Shown piece by piece: positions 48,470 to 60,929 of a DNA stretch of 64,000 nt. The stretch's first letter is position 1. Each line of letters starts with the position of its first letter. A program made the position numbers and the translations under genes. This DNA comes from Chiloscyllium plagiosum (Eukaryota). The stretch lies in NCBI RefSeq assembly GCF_004010195.1, contig NC_057720.1, positions 18,862,538-18,926,537 on the forward strand, in the 5' to 3' direction. The notes beneath the pieces were generated by a model, which was not told where the DNA came from, made no database searches, and saw only the letters and a program-made list of their open reading frames with translations.

Positions 48470-51400
48470 GAGCAAAGAAAATTACAGCACAGGAACAGGC
48501 CCTCCGGCCCTTCAAGCCTGCACCGATTCATATCCTCTATCTAAAGCTGCCATCTATTTTCTCAGGATCTGTATCCCTATGCTTCCTGTCCATTCATGTA
48601 TCTGTCCAGATACATCTTTAATGATACTATCGTTCCTGCCCCTACCAACACCACTGGCAACACATTCCAGTCACCCATCACCCTCTGTGTAAAGAACTTT
48701 CCACGTATATCTCCCCTAAACTCTTCCCCTCTCACTTTGAACTCGTGACCCCTAGTAATCGAGTCCTCCACTCTGGGAAAATGTTTCTTGCTATCCACCC
48801 TGTCTACACCTCTCATGATGTTGTAGGCCTCAATCAGGTCTCCCCTCAACCTCCTTCTTTCCAATGAAAATAATCCTAATCTACTCAACCTCTTCTCATA
48901 GCTAGCACCCTCCATACCAGGCGACATCCTAGTGAAACCCTCTTTGCACCCTCTCTAAGGCATCCACATCTTTTTGGTAATGTGGTAACCAGAACTGTGT
49001 GCAGTATTCCAAATGTGGCCGAACCAAAGTCTTATACAACTGTACTCAATATCCCATCCATATGCCTTCCTGACCGCTCTGTGTTGCCACCTTCAGGGAA
49101 CAATGGACCTGAACACCCTGATCTCTCGGTACATCAATTTTCCATTTATTGTATAGTTCACGGTGGAATTGCATCTTCCAAAATGCATCACCTCACATTT
49201 GTCCAGATTGAACCTATCTGCCATTTCTCTGCCCAACTCTCCAATCTATCTATATTCTGCTGTATTCTCTGACCGTCCCCTTGACTATCTGCTACTCCAC
49301 CAATCTTAGTGTCATCTGCAGATGTGCTATGAGGCAACCTACACATTCCTCCAAATCATTTCTGAAAATCACAAACAACAGTGGTCCCAGTACAGATCCC
49401 TGTGGGACACCAGTGGTAACAGGTCTCCATTTTGAGAAGCTCCCTTCCACTACTATCTGTCTCCTGTTGCCCAATTACTTCTCTATCCATCTAGCTAGAA
49501 CACCCTGGACCCCATGCGACTTCATCTTCTCCATCAGCCTACCATGGGGAACCTTATCAAAGCCCTTACTAAAGTCCATGTATATGACATCTACATCCCT
49601 TCCCTCATCAACTGATTTTGTTACCTCTTCAAATAATTCTTTTTTAGATTAGATTCCCTACAGTGTGGAAACAGGCTCTTCAGTCCAACAAGTCCACACC
49701 GACCCTCCGAACAGTAACCCACCCAGTCCCATTTCCCTCTGACAAATGCACCTAACACTACGGGCAATTTAGCACAGCCAATTCATCTGACCTGCACATC
49801 TTTGGACTGTGGGAGGAAACCGGAGCACCCAGAGGAAACCCACGCAGACATGGGGAGAACGTGCAAACTCCACACAGACAGTCACCCGAGGCTGGAATCG
49901 AACCTGGGACCCTGGTGCTGTGAGGTAGCAGTGCTAACCACTGAGCCACCGTGCCGCCCCATGGTTTGGAAGACATGACCTTACCTACACAAGACCATGC
50001 TGCCTATCACTGATAAGCTAATTTTCTTCTAAATGGGTATATATCCAATCCCTGAGTATCTTCTCCAGTAGCTTCCCTACCACTGAAGTCAGGCTCACAG
50101 GTCTGTAATTACCTGGATTATCCCTGCTACCTTCTTAAACATTAGCAATTCTCCAGTTCTCTCGGACCTCCCCCGTGTTCAAGAATGCTGCAAAGATATC
50201 TGTTAAAGCCCCAACTATTTCCTCTCCCACTTCCTTCACTAACCTGGGATCGATCCCATCTGGTCCTGGGGACTTGTCCACATTAATGCCTTATAGAATA
50301 CACAACACTTCCTCCCTCCTTACGCCAACTTGACCAAGCGTAATCAAAGATCCATCCCTATCAACATCCGCCATGTCCCTGTACTCGGTGAATACTGATT
50401 CAAAGTATTCATTAAGAATCTCACCCACTTTCTCTGACTCCACGCATATCTTTCCTCCTTTGTCCTTGAGTGGACCAATGCTTTCCCTCCTCACCCTCTT
50501 GCTCCTTATATGTGAATAAAAGGCTTTTTCCTTACCCAGCTCGCTAAGGATATCTCATGACACCTTTTAACCCTCTTAATTCCTCATTTCAGATTGGCCT
50601 GCATTCCCAATATCCTTCCAAACCTTTGTCTGTCTTCAGTTGCCTAGACCTTATGTACACATCCTTGTTCCTTTTTGCTAGTGTCACACTTTCACCTGTC
50701 ATCCATGGTTCCCTAATCTTGCCATTTCTATCTTTCATTTTCACAGGAACATATCTCTCCTGAACCCTAATCAACCTCTCTTTAAAAGCATCCCACATAT
50801 TGAATGTGGATTTCGCTTCAAAAAGCTGCTCCAAATCTACATTCCCTAGCTCCTGCCAAATTCTGGTATAGTTGGCCTTCTCCCAATTTAGCACTCCTCC
50901 TTTAGGACCACTCTCATCTTTAGAACATAGGACATAGAACAATACAGTGCAGAACAGGCCCTTCGGCCCTCAATGTTGCACTGACCTGTGAACTATTCTC
51001 AGCTCATCCCCCTACACTATCCCAAAATCATCCATGTGCTTATCTAAGGATTGTTTAAATCTCCCTAATGTGGCTGAGTTGATTACATTAGCAGGTAGGG
51101 CATTCCACGCCCTTACCACTCTCTGCGTAAAGAACCTACCTCTGACATCGGTCTTAAATCTATCACCCCTCAATTTGTAGCTATGCCCCCTCGTACACAC
51201 TGACGTCATCATCCGAGGAAAAAGACTTTCACTGTCTACCCTATCTAATCCTCTGATCATCTTGTATGTCTCTATCAAATCCCCTCTTAGCCTTCTTCTT
51301 GCCAATGAGAACAAGTTTAAGTCTCTCAGCCTTTCCTTATAAGACCTTCCCTCCAGACCAGGCAACATCTGCACCTTTTCCAATGCTTCCACATCCTTCC

Positions 51401-51660
51401 TTAAATATGGGAACCAGAACTGCATACTCTATACCAAGTGCGGCCGCACCAGCATTTTGTAAAGTTGCAGTATGAGTATTTGTCCGTGAGTATTCTAAAA
51501 CTTATTGAGTTGTGATCGCTATTCCCAAAGTAATCCCCGACTGAAATTTCAACCACCAGGCCAGGCTCATTTCCTAACACCAGGTCCATTAAGGCACCTT
51601 CCTGAGTTGGACTACTTACATACTGCTCTAGAAAACCCTCTTGGATGCTCCTTACAAAAG
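48470..51660 (-). mobile_element. Decayed CR1 LINE in intron 2, with nested SINE (49644-49960) and younger CR1 3' end (~50921-51478)
   Basis: [47 protein letters not shown]; nested ORF 51012-51425 (..RGDLIETYK..VRAWNALP). Confidence 0.85.
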
Positions 51661-52441
51661 CTTCCGTAAAGGAAGGTTGCTCTGTGGGCACTGTGAAATT
51701 AAGGAGATGGTGGAGGTAGCTGAGTGAAGATCTCAGTCTTAGAGGCAACAAAATGTAGGAGTTCCTTGTATTTGTCTGAGATGAAAATGGAGGAATCAAA
51801 AGGGATGGATTTAAGACAATAGTTTGCTGCAGAGGTAAGGATTTGGAGGTGTTCTTTGTATTTGGTGGTTTTGGCAAACAAGAGCAGACCTGATAATGGC
51901 ATGTTTGAATAAGGTGACTTAAACAAATGTAATGGTTGCATGAAAAGTAAATAATTTAAAAATAAACTTGCTAAAGTAGTTTTGTAGAAGGGATTGGAAG
52001 GCAGACTGCTTGATGTCAGAGCATGCCATCCCTTAAGAATTAGTTTGTTCAATCCACTGTATTATTCTGAAAATTAAGTGGCTTACAACTCAGTGAAGAT
52101 TGGAGAGTCAGTTTACTGAAGAAAATCTCTTAATGCTGATTTAATAAGGACATTGAAGCTCTGCAAATATGTGAATTTACATATATTTACATTAGGTGAA
52201 AGTCAGGGCTGCAGCTGCTGGAGATCAGAGTCGAGAGTGTGGTACTGGAAAAGCACAGCAGGTCAGGCAGCATCCAAGGAGCAGGAGAATCAATGTTTCG
52301 GGCAAGAGCACTTCATCAGGAATATTTAAATTTATATATATATATCTACATTATTTTAATAATATCTCAGCTTTGCTAAGTTAAAAACAAAAACTGAGTA
52401 GAAACGTGTGATTGTATAATTCTGTGTATTATCTCTTCCAG

Positions 52442-52621
52442 TTAGCAATGCTGGAATGGGGATGATTGGACCGATTGAGTGCCAGAGCTTGGAGGAGATG
52501 AAGAATGTTATGGACACCAACTTCTTTGGACTTGTTCGACTCCTTAAAGAAATCTTACCAGATATGAAGAAGAGGAAAAAGGGTCACATCGTGGTGATTA
52601 GTAGTGTGATGGGAATTCAGG
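52442..52621 (+). CDS. rdh8: RDH8-like, coding exon 3
   Basis: ttccag acceptor; (V)SNAGMGMIGPIECQSLEEMKNVMDTNFFGLVRLLKEILPDMKKRKKGHIVVISSVMGIQ; donor gtatgg; 180 nt. Confidence 0.95.
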
Positions 52622-52784
52622 GTATGGTTTGCAATGTAATTACTTCACTAATATGCCCATTAAGATCAAATTCTTGCATTGTCCATGTTCTATTTAATTC
52701 AATCTGTGAATTAATTTCTCTTTCTTGAGTGGCGTTACTTTTCATAAGAAATTTCAGCTAATTGTCTATCTCTTTTCTTTTCAG

Positions 52785-52878
52785 GAATTTTGTTCAACGA
52801 TATCTATGCTGCCTCAAAATTTGCAGTCGAAGGATTTTGTGAAAGTTTAGCAATTCAGGCAATAAAATTCAAATTGAA
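52785..52878 (+). CDS. rdh8: RDH8-like, coding exon 4 (catalytic YxxxK)
   Basis: ttttcag acceptor; (G)ILFNDIYAASKFAVEGFCESLAIQAIKFKL; donor gtaggt; 94 nt, phase 1-2. Confidence 0.95.
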
Positions 52879-53015
52879 GTAGGTAACAATTGTGCTAACT
52901 TTGGGAAAAGATAGCTTTGAGTTAATTCTTGCCCATTTATTACATTTTTACATATGTGGAATTGATTTAAATGATCTGCTGCAGAAGACATTCAGATTAT
53001 TACGTTATATGGTTC

Positions 53016-53490
53016 ATAAAGATTCACAAGGATGTTGCCAGGGTTGGAGGATTTGAGCTGTAGGGAGAGGCTGAATAGGGTGGGTTGTTTCCCTGGAGTG
53101 TCGGAGACTGAGGAGTGACCTTATAGAGGTTTATAAAATCACAAGGGGCATGGATAGAGTGAATAGACAAGGTCTTTTCCCTGGGTTGGGGGAGCCCAAA
53201 CTAGAGGACAAAGGTTTAGGGTGAGAGGAGATCAATTGAAAAGGGACTTAAAATGCAACTTTTTCATGCAGAGGGTAGTGTGTGTATGGAATGAGCTGCC
53301 AGAGGAAGTGATGGAGGTTGGTACAATTACAACATTTAAAAGGCATCTGGAGGGGTATATGAATAGGAAGGGTTTAGAGGGATATGGGCCAAATGCTGGC
53401 AAAACAGACTAGATTAGATTATCTGCTTGGCATGAAAGAGTATGACCGAAGGATTTGTTTACATGCTGTATATCTCTATGACTCAATGAT
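53016..53490 (+). mobile_element. CR1 LINE 3' end in intron 4
   Basis: Matches 25230-25718; tail 'tctctatgactc'. Confidence 0.85.
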
Positions 53491-55304
53491 TCTATATCTG
53501 CCAGTGTATGCATTTGGTGATTACATAAGCAAATTTTCTATTTTATGTTTCCTATTATGTAAATAATTTTTATAATAGCTAAGGTGCCATTTCATCAGTC
53601 AGTTGTATACTCATTTTATCTATGAAAATCTTTCGCCACACTTTGCAGCTGAGTAAATGTCACTTACATTAGCTTCTGATCCAAATTTTTGTTCATCAGA
53701 CTACGCACATATTGACTGCTTACAAGGGGAGCAAGTTTGGTGTCGGGGTGGGTGGATGTGCTGCAGCAGTGGGTAGAATAGAAACCATTGCCCCCTTGGC
53801 TACTTGTAAACATCATTTTTGGTAAACCTCCCAGAGTATATTTCCCCTCTGATCCTCTATGGTATATCCCTCATCTTACATTGGAACATTACAGAGTGTG
53901 GGCTCTGAAAAGGAGACCTTACTGGACCCATATCTTCCCAACAGTGAGTTGAACATTGACCTTTTCTCCCAATTAAATTACCAGGAAAACAATATCATGT
54001 TTTCGGACAAACAGAAGGTCTGTCTGCCCCTCACTCCATTTATGAACTCAATAGGACTCTGATTGCCACCAGTTGCAGAATGATATGTTAAGTTATTAAA
54101 AATGTATAATGACTTGCATAACATTTATTTTGTAACTTGTCATTTTCTCAAAACCTCCCAAATTGTATCAGAAATAGCAGGATGCCATTTTAACACACAG
54201 GTGTAAAACTGGCATTCCTGAGTGGCCACTCATTCCAGTAAAAAAACCTAATTTCCATTTTCATCAGATTCCACAATGGAAGCAGAGTTGGAGTGGCAAA
54301 ATTTGATCCCCTGTGAAATTCCTTCTCACCTCAATATTAAAGTGTTGCCCCTTCATTCTGAGGCTGTGCCTTCGGGTCTCAGCCTCTCCTACTAGTGTAG
54401 GATAAAAACAATGACTGCAGATGCTGGAAACCAGATTCTGGATTAGTGGTGCTGGAAGAGCACAGCAGTTCAGGCAGCATCCAAGGAGCTTCAAAACTCC
54501 TACTAGTGGTCCACTCTATCCAGGTCCCTCAGTATTCTGTACATTTCAATCAGATCCCACGCCCATTTCTAAACTCGATCGAGTACAGACACAGAATCCT
54601 CAAGTACTCCTCATAATGGTGTAAAAACAATGACTGCAGATGCTGGAAACCAGATTCTGGATCAGTGGTGCTGGAAGAGCACAGCAATTCAGGCAGCATC
54701 CGAGGACAGGCAAAATCGACGTTTCGGGCAAAAGCCCTTCATCAGGAATAAAGGCAGAGAGCCTGAAGCGTGGAGACGTCGATTTTGCCTGTCCTCGGAT
54801 GCTGCCTGAATTGCTGTGCTCTGCTAACTCAGAAGGACAATGGAACAGATTCAGGAAAACATAAATGGACCGATATCAAAGAACTAGTTTGAAGTAAAAA
54901 AGGCAGAGAAGGAAAGAAATAACAGCAATGACGTTACAAGTTCCTCTCTCCCTGTCTGTCTCCAGCTCAGGAACCAGTGTCCAATGAAAAAGCAACTTGG
55001 AAAAACAGCCATTCATTGAGATCTCAAGGACGTCTGCAAACTCTGTCACTGTTGAGGAAACAAGACAACAGCAAAACAATTGTGGTGTCAAGTTTCACTC
55101 TCATAATTCAAGAACTTTAAAATGCTATTTATTTTACCTTCCTGTCTGTAATAGACACCGTAACCCTTTTAAACATATTATCTGTGTTTTTGTGTGCGTA
55201 TCACATAATGTTTTTACTATTTTGATTGGAGGGATTGTGAGTAATAGATTTCATTTTCCTTTCACCAAGAAACCTTGCATTTTCGGCTAGTTCATTTTAA
55301 ACTG

Positions 55305-56410
55305 ATTAGAACATAGAACAGTACAGCAGAGGAACAGGCTCTTTAGTCCACCATTGCTGTGCTGACCATGATGCCATTCTAAACTAATCCCATCTGCCAG
55401 GACATGGCCTATATCCCTTTATACCCCGTTTGTTCATGGGTTTGTCTAAATGGCTCCTAAACATTGCTATCATATTTGCTTCTACCATCTCTCCTGATAG
55501 TGCGTTCCAAGCATCTACCACCTTCTGTGCAAAATTTTCGCCACACATATCTCCTTTAAACTTTCACCTTTTTACCTTAAAGTTATGCCCCCTAGGATTT
55601 GACATTGCCACCCGGGGTAAAATACTCAAACTATCTACTCGATCCATGCCCATCATAATTTTTGTATACTATCAGTTCATCCATGAGCCCCAATGCTCCA
55701 GCAAAAACAATGCAAGCTTGTCTAATCTCTCCTTCTAGCTAAGTCATTCTAATCAAAGCAACACCCTGGTAACCTACTTTTGCATTATCTACAAAGTTTC
55801 CACATCTTTCCTTTAGGGTAATGACAAAAAATGCATGTAATACTCTAAATGTGGTTTACCTAAAGTCTTATGCAGCTGTGACATGTTGTGCCAACTTTCA
55901 CATTCATTACCCTAACTGGTGAAGGCAGGCATGCCATATGCCTTCTTTGCCACCTTATCTACTTGTGTTGCCACTTTCAGGATGCTATGGACATTGCACG
56001 CCAAGATTCCTCAATATATCAAATGCTCCTCATGGTCCTGCATCATCCCAACTTGTTCAGATTAAACTCCATCTGCCATTTCTCTGTCCAACTTTCCAAC
56101 TGATTTATATCCTGCTGGATCCTTTGATAACCTTCCTCAATATCCAGAACTTGACCAAACTTTGTGCCAACTGCAAACTTACTAATCAGGCCACCTACAT
56201 CTACATCAAAATCATTTATATGTTCCAGGCAACAAAGGTCTCAGCACAGGATCCTTGGGTACACCTTGGTCACAGATCTCTGGTCAGAAAAACACCCTTG
56301 CACAACTACCCTCCATCTTCTATGAGCAAATAAATTTTGTATCCAACTTACTGTGGATCCCATGTGACTTAATCTTCAGGGCCGGCCTACCATGAAGGAC
56401 CTTGTTAAAT
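55305..56410 (-). mobile_element. CR1 LINE 3' fragment
   Basis: (TAGAACA)n tail at ~55305; RT-region homology to the other CR1 copies. Confidence 0.75.
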
Positions 56411-58501
56411 GCAATTGTCAAATGTCAAATGTCTTAGTAATTGCATTTTAATTTAAGCATGATAGCTCAAAAAGAAATAAGATAACTTGTTATGATCAAA
56501 TAAAAGTGGGTTAATAGAAGGGAACTGATCATGTCTCCTCATCTGATCATAATAATACGTTATGCAGTTTTTCTCTTTGTTAAGCTGTAGAAAACAAAAA
56601 GCATACCAAACCTTCTCATGAAGTTATGTTATGATAATGGTCGCGAATAAACTGCATAGTACTGTTGTAATTACAGTTGACAATTACAGATATTATTTTA
56701 GCACTGGGATTCTATTGTTCTTTGTTCATGGATTGTGTGTGTTGCTAACATGTATAAAACATTCTGAACCAGGCTTGACAAGGAGGAACCTTCTCACGTT
56801 GTTGTGGTCTATGTGGTAGGTAAGCCCTCAGTGTTATTAGGGAGAGAGATCCAGGGTTTTGATTTTACAACAGTGAGATTTTGCAACAGTTTCAACACAA
56901 AATCATAAGTCGCTCAGAGGGGAATATGCAAAAGATGGTGTTCTCATAAACCTGCTGTGCTTTTTAATCTTGGTAGCAGAAGTTTCAAGCCTGCATCACT
57001 CCGAAAGCTAGTATGCTTCCAATTAAACCTGTTGGACTATAACCTGGTGTTGTGTGATTTTTAACTTTGTCCACCCCAGTCCAACACCGGCATCTCCAAA
57101 TCATTGTAAACGGTGCACATTGTTGGCATAGTGCATACAATGTGAAGACACTTGCTGAAGAATTTTATAGTAATGGGGAAGGTAGTTAATGCAGCAAATT
57201 TGGTAAATTACAGTGAGAAATCTTGTTAGGCCATGTCGCATAACTCCCTCCAGAAAACTCAAAACAACTTAACCTTAGTCAAAAAATGTAAGGTTCAGCT
57301 CATAATCTGTAATGACAGACCCTGACCAGTGAAAAGTTTCCCCTCAATCTCAATTTGATGAAGGCTTTTTGATGATACACAGGGTCAAGAGTTGAAAGCA
57401 ATCTTTCTCACTTGAGCTCATGTTTTCAGCATTTTGACCAGGGCTGCAATAAAATCAAGAACTGAGTTGTCTCGAAAGAGTCCAGATGAACGTGAGTTAG
57501 TCAGATAGGAAAAGCCAGTAAAATCTTGTCTGCTCATTTCCAAATATTAATGGTGTTTCTCCTCTAGGCTGCAATGTAACTGTTGCAATGTTACATGTTG
57601 TTGGATGTATGCTGTAGATGTATTAAATAGCTTGCCTCGGACTGTCGCTAATTTTGGAGTACAAGTCTTCAGTATTGTTGCCAGAAACTTGTCGGGGCTC
57701 AGAGCCTTTGTTGTATCTTGTGTTTTCAGGCATTTTGTATGTCGTGAAATGAATTCAGTTGTCTAAAGGTTAGCTGTGAAACTTAGGGTAAGACTGATTG
57801 AATTGTGCTGTCAGTTCTTCTGGTTGAATTTGATAACAAATGCTTCAGCTTTGGCATTTACACTGATGTTCTGTGCTCCCCCAAATTGATAATGGACATG
57901 TTGGTGCGAGTGGCTCATCAGCAAGGAGTTTCTTTACCAGAAACTTGTTCTGTTTGCTTGTCTCTGCCATGGAAATTTGAGTTTTGGCAAAACCCTTGCA
58001 ACATTGAATTAATTGTGCAATGTTTCTGACATTTTTTAAAAAAGTAAATATTTTCACAGCTGAGTCATCACTTAACCATCAATGATAATGGGCATTAATG
58101 ACTAATCATTACTGATGAATATCTTAATTCACTGTAAAGATTAGCTTTAGAAACTGTAGAAGTTGGCTTTGGATAAAGGTCACGGCATTTTCTTGTAATT
58201 TCATGTACTGTACAACAAGGGCATTTAAGACATAACTAACATATAAAATCATATTTCTAGTATGGAATTTTCCCACTTTCTTTTTAAGTATATTTGTCAA
58301 GTGAAATTTGTGGCACCCAAACACCATGACGTGGAGCAACTTTTCCCATGCAGTCTTCAGTTCTTCACCTCACTTTTTACCCAACTGGGGTCTTGGGTGA
58401 CTTTCTTGGGGACTGGCGTGGCCTGAGAGGTGGATGGAGAGCCACCTGCACCATAGCTAAAGCCCAGCTACACACCAATTCAGGACAACTGCAAGTCACA
58501 A

Positions 58502-58609
58502 NNNNNNNNNNNNNNNNNNNNNNNNNNNNNNNNNNNNNNNNNNNNNNNNNNNNNNNNNNNNNNNNNNNNNNNNNNNNNNNNNNNNNNNNNNNNNNNNNNN
58601 NNNNNNNNN
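58502..58609. other. Assembly gap (N run)
   Basis: Ns in sequence. Confidence 1.
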
Positions 58610-59844
58610 AACAGTTTCCTCATTTCCCGTTCCCCCACCTCATCCTAGCTTCTAACCTCCAGAAACTCGGTCCCCTGACCTGTCCGGACTTGTCCGACCT
58701 GCCCAGCTCCTTTTCCACCTATCCACTCCACCCTCTCCTCCCTGACCTATCACGTTCATCTCCTTCCCCACTGACCTATTGTACTCTATGCTACTCTCTC
58801 CCCCCCCCCCCCCCCCTCGAGCTTATCTCTCCACGCTTCAGGCTCTCTGCCTTTATTCCTGATGAAGGGCTTTTGCCCGAAACGTCGATTTTGCCTGTCC
58901 TCGGATGCTGCCTGAATTGCTGTGCTCTTCCAGCACCACTGATCCAGATACTCCTCATAATGACAAGCCCTCCTTTACCAGGATCATTCTTTGTAAACCT
59001 CTTGTGGATCCCTCCATCACTAGAACATCCCTCCTTAAATATGGGGCCCAAAACTGCTCTTTCCTGCTGAGGGTGCAACACAGCAGAATGTTCCTATTTT
59101 TGAATTTCTTCAAAACAAATGCCTCTCCTTAACCTTTGCAAAGTTATATCCTGAGTCTATGATTTTATGGCTGGAGTCATCTGTTCTCGCTGGTGGGAAG
59201 TGTATTTAATTCGATTAGATGGCCCCATGCCTGAACATTGTTGGAAAGATCACGTTCTGGGCGGGGAGGTCTATGATCTACCATTCTACCCGTCCCACTT
59301 CTCCACCTCCCCAATGCCAATTGATTTGGGTTAGTTCTTCAGTGAAAGGCTCTGTGCTTGATCAAAGAGCTAGTCATCAAGAATGAGGAAGCTGCTTGGA
59401 ACTAACATTCCCAATGCCCACTCTGGCCCATTTACCCTTGCAAGCAAACCCTCAGCACCCTCTGCCTGTGACCCCAACCCTGTGAACCCCTACACCATGT
59501 TCCATACTATAGGAATTCTATGAAATGAAATTCTGTGAAAAATAGCATTTGTAATAGGGTATGGGAATGGGTCTGGGTGGGATACTCTTTGGAAGGTTGG
59601 TGTGGACTTGTTGGGCCAAATGGCCCAACACTGTTTCCACACTTTTGGGATTCTAAGCTTACCTTCACCTTATATCATTCCTGAGACTCCATAGTATGTG
59701 TTAACTGCAGCAGCCTCAGACAAAATAATGATGGCAAAATGATTGAAGAGAATGAGTTGCTCTGACCATACAGAAGCCTCTACTAACTGTCTAAGAAATA
59801 ATTCATTGTTGGGAGTTTATCGATGACTTCTTTTAATTTGACAG

Positions 59845-60028
59845 CATCACTCTGATTGAACCTGGCCCTGTGATCACTGAATTTGAAAAAAAGGTTTATG
59901 AAGAGGGATTGAAAGTGGATCTGTCTGCAGCAGACCAGGAAACGAGAGATATGTTTACAAATATTTACCTACGCAACTACAAGGACATATTTGTAAGCCT
60001 GGGACAAAGTGCTGATGATGTGGCTGAG
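59845..60028 (+). CDS. rdh8: RDH8-like, coding exon 5 (gene continues beyond window)
   Basis: tgacag acceptor; (N)ITLIEPGPVITEFEKKVYEEGLKVDLSAADQETRDMFTNIYLRNYKDIFVSLGQSADDVAE; donor gtacga; 184 nt, phase 2-0. No terminal exon found before 64000. Confidence 0.93.
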
Positions 60029-60929
60029 GTACGAACAATTAAAGAAAAAGGCTTATCAAAGCTTACACTATATAAATCAATAAAAAGTGAAATCAGTTGA
60101 ATGGAACTATGCCTGAAAGGATTAAAATCAGTGTTCTCCTTTCTCATGATTTTAAACAGAATTTTTAACATGTCCTTGACTTTGACAATGTATTACCTCA
60201 TGTCTTTTGTTATTTATTCACTGACAGGAAAGACTATCCCTAATTATCCTTGGGAAGGTGTGGTGAGCTGACTTCTTAAAATATTGAAGTCCATATGTTG
60301 TAGTTACTGACCCAGTGACACTGAAGGCACAATAACACATTTCCAAGTCAGGATGGTGCCTAATGGGGAAACCAGAAGTCATGGTGTTCCCAGTAATAAC
60401 TGAAAGCTGTAGGTTTTTATCCCAACCATTGCTGCAGTTTTTTTGGAACACTAATTGATCCTACTTTTAACTGCTCTTCCTGTACTCTCAGAAACCCTGC
60501 AAAGGAGCAGTCAAACTACAGTGAGTTAGTTAGCCACCCTTCTCTCTCTTCATCTGCCTGAGTGCAATTCTAAACGGTAGGTGTCAAAAACTGATGCTTG
60601 GAGCTTCTGGTTATACATGTGGATGCCAGAATCGGGACCAGATCTCCAAATTTAATCTGAGATTGGACTAAGGGCATCAGGGCTAGGTCAAACCTGCTGG
60701 GAACAGAGGTCAGGAGGTGTCCAGAAAAATAAATTACTTGCTAAGTATCCTTCAAGGTCCATAAGAGCAGGGGACCCTCTCCAGTGCCCTCCAGAAAATA
60801 TCAGGCTTCCTCCAGTTTGATCCCTGCTGATGGTACTACTGTAGAAGTCAGGTCCCAGGATGAGATCTGGCTGGATAGATCATAATATATTTTTATTTAG
60901 TTAGTTAACTTGGTGATCAGACACTGAGA

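Larger units (their letters stand above)
54619..58948. mobile_element. Penelope pseudo-LTR-bracketed 4.3 kb insertion with 14-bp TSD
   Basis: TSD tactcctcataatg at 54605-54618 and 58949-58962; pLTR copies at both ends share the same variants; splits a CR1 fragment. Confidence 0.65.

Noticed and set aside
52456..52728. 90-aa ORF as a standalone gene (likewise 59870-60100)
   Set aside because: These are rdh8 exons 3 and 5 read on into intron sequence.
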